IMG/VR virus record: IMGVR_UViG_3300020043_003864 | Location: 1-26,565 of that record | DNA length: 26,565 nt | Direction: 5' to 3' (one strand) | DNA from: a virus | Taxonomy: Duplodnaviria > Caudoviricetes | Shown here: in pieces, positions 7,533 to 14,183 of the stretch | Numbering within the stretch: position 1 is the stretch's first letter | How the letters are laid out: every line of letters starts with the position of its first letter | Position numbers and translations under genes: made by a program | The notes under the pieces: generated by a model | The model's database searches: none | What the model was told of the DNA's origin: nothing | The model's input: the letters and a program-made list of their open reading frames with translations, nothing else

Positions 7533-7634
7533 TTAGGATAATTTTAAGCCAAGCATATAAAACAAGGCAAAGATTGGCGCGAAAGCCAGGATTGTGTAAA
7601 TGATTTTTCCGATTACTTTAAATAGCGTTTTCAT
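7533..7634 (-). CDS. small single-TM peptide (33 aa, not in ORF track)
   Basis: MKTLFKVIGKIIYTILAFAPIFALFYMLGLKLS. Start overlaps the upstream stop. Confidence 0.6.
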   Translation of the reverse strand: MKTLFKVIGKIIYTILAFAPIFALFYMLGLKLS

Positions 7635-7774
7635 AAGTACAATGAGTAAAAGTCCATTAATCGTTTTGCTCTTGGCCATTCAATAGAGCCAATGACTGCC
7701 TCAGCAGAATAAAAGCAATACCAATATTTTGCGCCTTGCTTTGTAAATGGGCCGTAATGTGTGTGATTTTCCAT
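7631..7774 (-). CDS. hypothetical peptide (47 aa, not in ORF track)
   Basis: MENHTHYGPFTKQGAKYWYCFY... preceded by the AAACCAAACAACT leader motif. Confidence 0.6.
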   Translation of the reverse strand: MENHTHYGPFTKQGAKYWYCFYSAEAVIGSIEWPRAKRLMDFYSLYL

Positions 7775-7832
7775 AGTTGTTTGGTTTAAATGTTTAGCAA
7801 TATTAAAACTAATCTTAGAAATAAAAAAGAAT

Positions 7833-8165
7833 TTATACTTTTTTCTGAATCATGTTTTTAGCCTCTGCCACATCCAGCAACTTTTTAACCTTGCGAAATT
7901 CTAGGTTTTGGTCTTCTGCTATTTCTCGGCAGCAATAGCCGTAAGTTGCCAAAGTTAAAATCCTACTAATTTGATGGTCGGTTAAAATCTGAAATATGTT
8001 TTCGTCCATCAATTTGCGAGGGTAAATCTCGTGAAGCTTCATTTTAGTGTAAAGTAGGTAACCAACTTTTTGGTCATCTAATCCGAGCGTTTTGGCTATC
8101 TTTTTTCGGGTTAATCCCTCAAGGTAAAGGGATTTAATTTGCTGGGTTATTTCATCAAATTCCAT
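7833..8165 (-). CDS. protein with two tandem HTH motifs
   Basis: LYLEGLTRKKIAKTLGL and YGYCCREIAEDQNL. Confidence 0.7.
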   Translation of the reverse strand: MEFDEITQQIKSLYLEGLTRKKIAKTLGLDDQKVGYLLYTKMKLHEIYPRKLMDENIFQILTDHQISRILTLATYGYCCREIAEDQNLEFRKVKKLLDVAEAKNMIQKKV

Positions 8166-8284
8166 AATCTTTCGAATGTTTCGTTAAAAGGTAATTTCTC
8201 TTCGTTAAATGTGGAGGCGACACCTTTTGGCGCCAAGTCTCCAGGGCGTTGTATAAACTTGCCTAAGTATGTGTAATGGCTCAT
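8147..8284 (-). CDS. hypothetical peptide (45 aa, not in ORF track)
   Basis: MSHYTYLGKFIQRPGDLAPKG... Start overlaps the Gp157 stop. Confidence 0.55.
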   Translation of the reverse strand: MSHYTYLGKFIQRPGDLAPKGVASTFNEEKLPFNETFERLWNLMK

Positions 8285-8763
8285 TTGATTTGTAGGTTAA
8301 AGTTTTCGATTATTCTAGCGCCAGTAATATTTTCGCCGCGTTTAATGGCTTCTTTGATTGCGACCTTATCAGCGGTAACCACGTTCTTAACATTTATAAA
8401 CTGGCTAGGTAAAGCCTCCACGATGTCAACCTCTACGGCTTCGCTACGGCGTAAAGAGAGCTTGAATAAAGGACTTTCTATCTTGTCGATTGTACTTACT
8501 AGCATCGCCTCTCTTAGTGCGTCCTTGAGCCTTGTAATGGCTCGCTCCTTACTGTCCTTCATTGCCTTGAGTCTTTTAATCTCTTGGTCGATTGCGTCTG
8601 AATCGCTTTGAATGTTTGCGATGACCTTGGCATAGTTGCCAGCCTTTGCCTGGAGTTGCTCTTGGTTAATTACTAGCATTTGCTCCAGCTCAGGTGTAAG
8701 CTCGTCAGTTTCAAGTAGAAAGGCTAACTCTTGAGCCTCTCTTGTTATTTCGTATAAGTTCAT
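8281..8763 (-). CDS. Siphovirus Gp157 family protein
   Basis: MNLYEIT..., coiled coil EIKRLK, F.LSLRRS, DK.AIKEAIK.G..I.GA.I.EN.NLQIK. Confidence 0.88.
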   Translation of the reverse strand: MNLYEITREAQELAFLLETDELTPELEQMLVINQEQLQAKAGNYAKVIANIQSDSDAIDQEIKRLKAMKDSKERAITRLKDALREAMLVSTIDKIESPLFKLSLRRSEAVEVDIVEALPSQFINVKNVVTADKVAIKEAIKRGENITGARIIENFNLQIK

Positions 8764-9311
8764 AATAATCCGTCTAAGGTGTCTTGTTGGTCTTGTGTTA
8801 AAATGTATTTACTCAAAGCCTCTTTGGCTTGCTTTTTTTGTGCATCCGTTCCGTTTAAATATCTAACGATGTAGGCAAATTGCTCGTCTGTCGGTTTGGT
8901 CTTGGTAACCGCTGGAGCCTGGCGTACTGGTCTTGTTGCCGCCTCTCCATCGTCATCGCTAATCGCTAGATTTAGAATGCTTGTAATTGCATATCTACGA
9001 GCGTAACTAATTGACGAGCCTTGAGCTTGTGGGTCGTTTTGTCTCACTACTTGGAGCGTGTAAGTTGCCGAAATGTACTCTCCACTCTCGGCGTGTATTA
9101 GCATTGTGGTTAGGCCGTCGCCGTTTGGAAATTGGCTAAGGATTAAACCAGCCTTTTCGAGAGGTTCGCTTACCTCTGTAATGATGTGAGGCAAGCTGGC
9201 GTAATTGGACTTGAAAAATGGGTTTTTAGCGTCTTTGCTAATTTTCCCAACCATAGCATGGAACTTGGCTAATCCTTGCGTTAGGTTTGTGATACTCTGT
9301 GATTTTTCCAT
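8760..9311 (-). CDS. erf: ERF family single-strand annealing protein
   Basis: K...NPFFKSNYASL, H.SGE, PQ..GS.ISYARRYAI...L.....DDDG. Confidence 0.9.
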   Translation of the reverse strand: MEKSQSITNLTQGLAKFHAMVGKISKDAKNPFFKSNYASLPHIITEVSEPLEKAGLILSQFPNGDGLTTMLIHAESGEYISATYTLQVVRQNDPQAQGSSISYARRYAITSILNLAISDDDGEAATRPVRQAPAVTKTKPTDEQFAYIVRYLNGTDAQKKQAKEALSKYILTQDQQDTLDGLL

Positions 9312-9325
9312 AGGTGTTTAAGTGT

Positions 9326-9592
9326 TTAAAGGTTGCGTTCAATTTCTATCTCTAATTCCATTAAAATGCTTGCCGTTGGGATAACCTCAATTACCTCATC
9401 GGTTGAGGGATTAAAATAAAAAAGGCTGGAGGTGTGGTCTATCACAATTTCTGTTTCGCCATATCCTGGCGCGTACTCGCTCTCGTCCTCGGCGGAATTG
9501 TTAACCGTGTAGTCGCCTTGCCAAACGTACTCAAAGCCTTCGTAAATAAAATTTACTTGCTGGTCGTAGTGTGTTTCTGTCTCGTAATTCAT
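9326..9592 (-). CDS. hypothetical acidic protein
   Basis: 88 aa, strongly Glu/Asp-rich, with the early leader motif. Confidence 0.7.
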   Translation of the reverse strand: MNYETETHYDQQVNFIYEGFEYVWQGDYTVNNSAEDESEYAPGYGETEIVIDHTSSLFYFNPSTDEVIEVIPTASILMELEIEIERNL

Positions 9593-9614
9593 AGGTGTTT
9601 TGGTTAATTAGTTT

Positions 9615-9866
9615 TTAGGCGTTAATTATATTTTTTACTCTAATTGCACAATCAATCATCGCTTTTTTTGCACTTGTATAAGTTGCAAAAGCACGGTAAG
9701 TTCTGCCATTGTGCAAAATATCAAACGTGTACTTATTAGGCTTAGAAATGCATTTATCAACATAGATTATAAAAATTTTGTCGTTGATTTTATAAACGGA
9801 TTTGTAAGAAACGGTTTCGTAACTTGATGTTGGGTTGATTTTTTCGAATTCTAGCAAATGGGTCAT
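9615..9866 (-). CDS. hypothetical protein, first gene of the early leftward operon
   Basis: 83-aa ORF with the early leader motif. Confidence 0.65.
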   Translation of the reverse strand: MTHLLEFEKINPTSSYETVSYKSVYKINDKIFIIYVDKCISKPNKYTFDILHNGRTYRAFATYTSAKKAMIDCAIRVKNIINA

Positions 9867-10010
9867 AGTTTTGGTGTTTTGGTTGTTGTTGTTCGTATTA
9901 CTGATTCAAATATCTCACAAATAAATTAGATTCCAAACTATTTGTAAAAATATTTTCATCAAAATCGAATATTTTTTTTTCGTCTCGGTTTTTATGCTTT
10001 TAACTTGCGT
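9867..10010. promoter_or_regulatory. divergent AT-rich promoter region
   Basis: Strand switch point. Minus-strand GATATTTG (9907-9914) with TTG 19 nt upstream, plus-strand TAACTTGC just before ATG 10011. Confidence 0.5.
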
Positions 10011-10331
10011 ATGGAAGAGGACAAAATTTTAAATCCGTTTGGCTACCTGGAGGCGACCAGGGTGCTGGACGAAAACAGAAAGCCAGTAGATTGGTGGCTG
10101 CAATATTTGGAGTTTAACCAGGCAGTCGAGGAAAACGAATTTTACGTTTTGTTTGCCGATGGCTTGCTGGTTAAAAAAGGACGGTCAAAATACAAAAGTA
10201 GCCAATACACGTTTGGAGACGAGTACAAATCATTTAAGCAATATTATGACGAGAAAAAGACTTTTAAGAATGACTCCAACGATGGTTGGTATTTTATTGC
10301 TCATGGCATTATTAATGAAAATTTTAAGTAA
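10011..10331 (+). CDS. hypothetical protein
   Basis: ORF track start is TTG 10005. ATG 10011 (MEEDK) is more likely. Stop overlaps the next start. Confidence 0.65.
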   Translation: MEEDKILNPFGYLEATRVLDENRKPVDWWLQYLEFNQAVEENEFYVLFADGLLVKKGRSKYKSSQYTFGDEYKSFKQYYDEKKTFKNDSNDGWYFIAHGIINENFK

Positions 10332-10591
10332 TGGAGCATAATTTCTTTGCCGTCCAAGTTTGTGTTGTACTAGACGAAATACGGGACTTGCTAATTGCCA
10401 AAAATCTAAAATACGGAAACTCAGCTCTTGAGCCTCTTGGCGTATTTAGTCAGTTGTCCGCTAGGGAGGGACTACTGGTAAGGATTGACGACAAGCTAAA
10501 GAGGATTAAAAACGGCAGCTTAGAGCGAGACGATGAGGACGTAATAAACGATTTGATTGGTTACCTGGTCTTGCTAAAGATAAACGGATAA
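10331..10591 (+). CDS. DUF1599 / nucleotide modification-associated domain 1-like protein
   Basis: KN.KYGNS...RI.DKL.RI......ED...DLIGY..L motif. Confidence 0.75.
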   Translation: MEHNFFAVQVCVVLDEIRDLLIAKNLKYGNSALEPLGVFSQLSAREGLLVRIDDKLKRIKNGSLERDDEDVINDLIGYLVLLKING

Positions 10592-10674
10592 AGTAAAATA
10601 AGTTTTACAAAAAGGCCGTTATTTGTGTAATATATTGCACATTATTAAAGTTTTTAACACTTAATGAATGAAAT

Positions 10675-10875
10675 ATGAGTCCCGACATCTGTATGTGCCT
10701 GGGGACAAATTGTCCCTACAAAGAAAGTTGTTATCGATTTACCGCTAAGCCAAGCGAGTATTGGCAAAGCTATTTTTCTGAGCCTCCAATTAAGGACGGC
10801 AAATGTGATTTTTACTGGGGAGATTTAAGCGAAGCTATTTGGGGTCAGCTTCAGGATATTGTAAAACCTAAATAG
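10675..10875 (+). CDS. Cys-rich small protein (probable zinc binder)
   Basis: MC-x4-C-x5-C.RFTAKP...Q.YF...C pattern. Confidence 0.75.
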   Translation: MSPDICMCLGTNCPYKESCYRFTAKPSEYWQSYFSEPPIKDGKCDFYWGDLSEAIWGQLQDIVKPK

Positions 10876-10896
10876 GTAACTCGGATAATTCCCGAA

Positions 10897-11445
10897 TTAA
10901 AACAACTTTTTAGCCACTCCGATTTGGTGTACTTTCTCCATAGGTTGGAACTGATATTGAAAAATGTATTTGTTATCCAGGTAGCTAACCGATGCGCTCG
11001 GATGAAGCAACGAATTGACTCCAGCGCCTAGGTAAATTCCTTTCGGTTTTTGCACAATTGATTTCGTTTCTGTGTTAGTTATTGTATTCGTTACGACTGG
11101 TATTTTAAAATCGCTTGTTGCGGTCATTTTTAAGACCTCTCCAAGGACTTCACCGCTTACGTTGGTACTTCCATACTCAAAAGGAAAGGACGCGTTAAAC
11201 TGGCTAATTTGTGGCTTATAATCGACTAGGATTGTATCCCTTAAAACTTGCGTTTTTATCTTTGTTTTTGGCACGTATATAGTGTCGGTTGATGATACGT
11301 ATAAAGTGTCCGTTTTTGTCACGGTTTCAAATTTGTAAACGGTTTCAGATTCAGTCTTTGGGAAAAATATGTAGGCAACAATTACCCCAGCCAAAAACGA
11401 TATCGTTGCTATTTTAATTTTTTCGTTGTCAGTCGAGAAATTCAT
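10897..11445 (-). CDS. membrane-anchored lysis-associated protein (spanin candidate)
   Basis: N-terminal TM, DT-rich linker, C-terminal amphipathic beta strands ending in Phe. Last gene of the lysis operon. Confidence 0.55.
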   Translation of the reverse strand: MNFSTDNEKIKIATISFLAGVIVAYIFFPKTESETVYKFETVTKTDTLYVSSTDTIYVPKTKIKTQVLRDTILVDYKPQISQFNASFPFEYGSTNVSGEVLGEVLKMTATSDFKIPVVTNTITNTETKSIVQKPKGIYLGAGVNSLLHPSASVSYLDNKYIFQYQFQPMEKVHQIGVAKKLF

Positions 11446-11663
11446 TGCTCTATAAATAAATTATCTTGCTCTAGTATTTTTCGTAACTCCTCACGGCAAA
11501 ATTTATAAGCCTGGTAAGTTTCGTCCGATAATTCTTTGTACTTCATCTCTGAGCGTAAAAGCTGGTCAAAATCCCAAATGGCATTCTTATAGTTATGGCC
11601 ATTTATTGCGGCTTGGAAATCGGTATTTTCCTCGGGTAAATAATATTCTAAAATTGCTTTCAT
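11442..11663 (-). CDS. hypothetical phage protein
   Basis: MKAILEY.LPE......A..G pattern, coupled to both neighbours. Confidence 0.75.
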   Translation of the reverse strand: MKAILEYYLPEENTDFQAAINGHNYKNAIWDFDQLLRSEMKYKELSDETYQAYKFCREELRKILEQDNLFIEQ

Positions 11664-12541
11664 AACGGAAATTTACAACTGTCTACTAATAATTCCCAAG
11701 AGTCATTATCCTTCGTTCTAATTCGAAGACCTTCCAAGGTTAAAATGCGGCCTCCAGTAGGTTTTACAGGCGCTCCACGTTCGACGTGCCATCCGCCAAA
11801 GCCATCCTCATGCTCCTCTTTATAACAACCGACTATTGCCAAATGAATTTGTTTTTGTACTATTTCATGGTAATGCTTTCCTGGATTATATTGTACGGTA
11901 TCCCTTGCATCGTTACGGCTAGAATTTTCGTGGATATGGCCCATAATAAAGATATCCATATTTTCGTAAAGCTCGAGCGCTCTAGTCAAGTTAATAGCTC
12001 CCTTGGTAACTACCCCACCCCCCCCTGAGCCGTGGAAATACTTCATCATTTTAGAAATGTAGGTATTCGTTTCTAGTTGCTTTTTAATGACTAGCCAACC
12101 CCCATAACCGCCAGTATATACGCTCGTCTTATTCGTGTAATTGAGCAAATCGACAAACCTTTGCAAAGGGTCGGTTTCTAAGTTTTTTATAATCGCAGTC
12201 TCGTGGTTTCCGTATCCAATAACGGTTAACAAGTTAGCGTAAGGAGTCCACCAATCTACGGCATCCTCAATTACCGCGTCAATATAGTTCGCCTTGTTAT
12301 GCTCGGGCAATACGTCCTTTTTGCTTCGCCTTGGGTCATACTTACCTTGCATTAAACAAAAGAAATCGCCGTTTATAAAAATGGGCATTTCTTGTTCTTT
12401 GCAGTAGTCTAAATGGCGCTTTAGCTTCTCTCGGTCACATTTGGGATTGTCCCAATGGATATCCGACAACAAGGCTATTTTTGACTCTTTTTGGTCGAGG
12501 TTAATTTGGTGCAAATTCCTCGAGATTTTTTTTATTTCCAT
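11660..12541 (-). CDS. calcineurin-like metallophosphoesterase
   Basis: SDIH, NGD, GNHE, HG, GHIH motifs. Confidence 0.88.
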   Translation of the reverse strand: MEIKKISRNLHQINLDQKESKIALLSDIHWDNPKCDREKLKRHLDYCKEQEMPIFINGDFFCLMQGKYDPRRSKKDVLPEHNKANYIDAVIEDAVDWWTPYANLLTVIGYGNHETAIIKNLETDPLQRFVDLLNYTNKTSVYTGGYGGWLVIKKQLETNTYISKMMKYFHGSGGGGVVTKGAINLTRALELYENMDIFIMGHIHENSSRNDARDTVQYNPGKHYHEIVQKQIHLAIVGCYKEEHEDGFGGWHVERGAPVKPTGGRILTLEGLRIRTKDNDSWELLVDSCKFPL

Positions 12542-13002
12542 TAAATAGGAATGTAGGTTGTTTTGCCTCCCGACCGAACGGCCTTTAGCTTTTGCTTTCT
12601 GTTTCCGCTTTTAACATAGCTAACGTGTACCCAGTCAGGATTAAAATCCGTTCCGAACTCCCAAATCAACTGGTCAAAATCTAACTTGTTTTTAATGTAA
12701 TCAAAAACCATTCTATTGGTAACCTCGCCGTTGCTTCCATCCATGTCGATGTCGATGGCTTGGCCTTTGCAATGCTGGGAGCTTGCGCTACCTTTTATAA
12801 AATCATTTAGAGCCTTTGAACGGTAACCGCTAGAAATAAAAATAGGCGTTTTAAAATGCTCCCTTATTGGCTCAAAAACTTTGTCCGCTAGTAACTTGAA
12901 ATTCTCAAGATGCTCGGCCGTTGGCGTGTTGTCAATTCCATGACGCTTGGCCGTATCGCTCCTGGTAATCTCGGCAAGGTTTAAATTAGGACTTATTTTC
13001 AT
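12541..13002 (-). CDS. endolysin, peptidase M15A family
   Basis: SSGYRS, SQH..G.A.D, WVHVS zinc-binding motifs. Confidence 0.9.
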   Translation of the reverse strand: MKISPNLNLAEITRSDTAKRHGIDNTPTAEHLENFKLLADKVFEPIREHFKTPIFISSGYRSKALNDFIKGSASSQHCKGQAIDIDMDGSNGEVTNRMVFDYIKNKLDFDQLIWEFGTDFNPDWVHVSYVKSGNRKQKLKAVRSGGKTTYIPI

Positions 13003-13210
13003 TGTCTGTTTTTTTAAATATTTTTTCGGCTGCCGTAATACCTAAAGCGGCCGCACTTAATGCAGCCACGGAATAAACTAAAGCGTCGTTAGGGTTAAAA
13101 TACAAAGTCCAACACAAGGCAATTGCAGTAAGGACACCAACAAGCCTTTTGCTAGACGCTTGTCCATGCTCGGATAAAAATCCCTTTGCCCATGTAAAAA
13201 AGTTTTTCAT
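12986..13210 (-). CDS. holin-like protein (2 TM)
   Basis: SSKRL followed by two hydrophobic helices and a charged tail, directly upstream of the endolysin. Confidence 0.65.
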   Translation of the reverse strand: MKNFFTWAKGFLSEHGQASSKRLVGVLTAIALCWTLYFNPNDALVYSVAALSAAALGITAAEKIFKKTDNENKS

Positions 13211-13332
13211 CGTCCCTGGCCTCTGTAAGTTTTTGGTTTTTGCTGGCTCTTTGAATAAGCCTTTTTAGCTTTTCCGTTTCTACGCTTGCCAAAAGAGTTT
13301 GGTTTTAAATTTGAGTTACTCCCCTTTTTCAT
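13207..13332 (-). CDS. small basic peptide ending YRGQGR (41 aa, not in ORF track)
   Basis: MKKGSNSNLKPNSFGKRRNGKAKKAYSKSQQKPKTYRGQGR. Overlaps both neighbours. Confidence 0.75.
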   Translation of the reverse strand: MKKGSNSNLKPNSFGKRRNGKAKKAYSKSQQKPKTYRGQGR

Positions 13333-13519
13333 TTTTGCGCTTTTCAAAAATTGCCTTTTCGTTTTTGATTTTAAACACCAGCCAAACGATGGAAAGTAAA
13401 GAAATGATTATTGTAAGGAAAATATTTACGTTCATGAGGTCGATTGCCTGAAAAACATTGGCTAAAATCGCCGCAAATGTGGATGGTAATCCTATTTCGT
13501 CCTTTTGGAAAATATTCAT
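13316..13519 (-). CDS. holin/antiholin-like membrane protein
   Basis: Hydrophobic helix plus basic C-terminus. ATG 13519 is preferred because TTG 13546 lies inside the promoter element. Confidence 0.6.
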   Translation of the reverse strand: MNIFQKDEIGLPSTFAAILANVFQAIDLMNVNIFLTIIISLLSIVWLVFKIKNEKAIFEKRKNEKGE

Positions 13520-13530
13520 TTCATTTAATT

Positions 13531-13551
13531 GCTTTTCGTTTACCAAAAATA
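13531..13551 (-). promoter_or_regulatory. lysis-cassette promoter (-7 TATTTTTG)
   Basis: TATTTTTGGTAAACGAAAAGC resembles the motifs at 20-40 and 22715-22735. Confidence 0.6.
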
Positions 13552-13569
13552 AGTCATTTTAAAGCAAAT

Positions 13570-13592
13570 AAAAAAGGCCTATTTCTAGGCCT
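13570..13592 (-). terminator. intrinsic terminator at the end of the tail operon
   Basis: AGGCCTA-GAAA-TAGGCCT ending in a U6 run. Confidence 0.85.
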
Positions 13593-13617
13593 CTAAATTG
13601 TCAATAATGGTTTACCA

Positions 13618-13905
13618 TTACTTTTCCTTTAAAGCCTCGTAAAGCGGCCCTAAAACAAGCACAGTAAAGCCTTTGGCCTTGACTTTTTCCTTTACTAAAT
13701 CTGCGTCCGATTTGCTTAGCTCAATGTCGCCATCGGAATAGTAAATTTTCTTTGCCAGCTCGTAAAGTCTTATCGGGTCTTCTTTCTCTTCAGCTGAAAA
13801 CAAAGCGTTTCCGACCATCTTAGACAAGTACATAAACTCGCCGTTTTCATTGGTAATTTTGTTGCCTTCGATGTCAGTTAGGGCAATTGCTAGGTTTACA
13901 ATCAT
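13618..13905 (-). CDS. hypothetical tail-associated protein
   Basis: 95-aa ORF downstream of the tail fibre. Confidence 0.65.
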   Translation of the reverse strand: MIVNLAIALTDIEGNKITNENGEFMYLSKMVGNALFSAEEKEDPIRLYELAKKIYYSDGDIELSKSDADLVKEKVKAKGFTVLVLGPLYEALKEK

Positions 13906-14183
13906 ATAAGTGTTAAGTTTAATTTGGTTGCAATATAGGAATAGGCATCGTTATTGTCGCCGTTCCAAAGCAAGTAATTTTCCCCGTCCATTGTTACGTT
14001 ACCCTCAGCAAGTGTTTGTCCAATTACCAAAGGCATTGCCTCTGTTCCTTCACCACTTGCACAAAGTGAATAGTAAAAAGAGCAAGACGATTGTAAATTG
14101 TCGTTGATAATGTAGGCGTTTAATAAGTTAGCCTCATGGCTTTCGCCGTTTTTCCAAATGGTTACTGGTTCGATTGGTTTCAT
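13902..14183 (-). CDS. hypothetical tail-fibre-associated protein
   Basis: 93-aa ORF coupled to the fibre gene. Confidence 0.65.
   Translation of the reverse strand: MKPIEPVTIWKNGESHEANLLNAYIINDNLQSSCSFYYSLCASGEGTEAMPLVIGQTLAEGNVTMDGENYLLWNGDNNDAYSYIATKLNLTLI

Noticed and set aside
13516-13524. ATG-AAA-TGA minigene overlapping the holin-like start
   Set aside because: Easily arises by chance in AT-rich leaders, with no supporting evidence.
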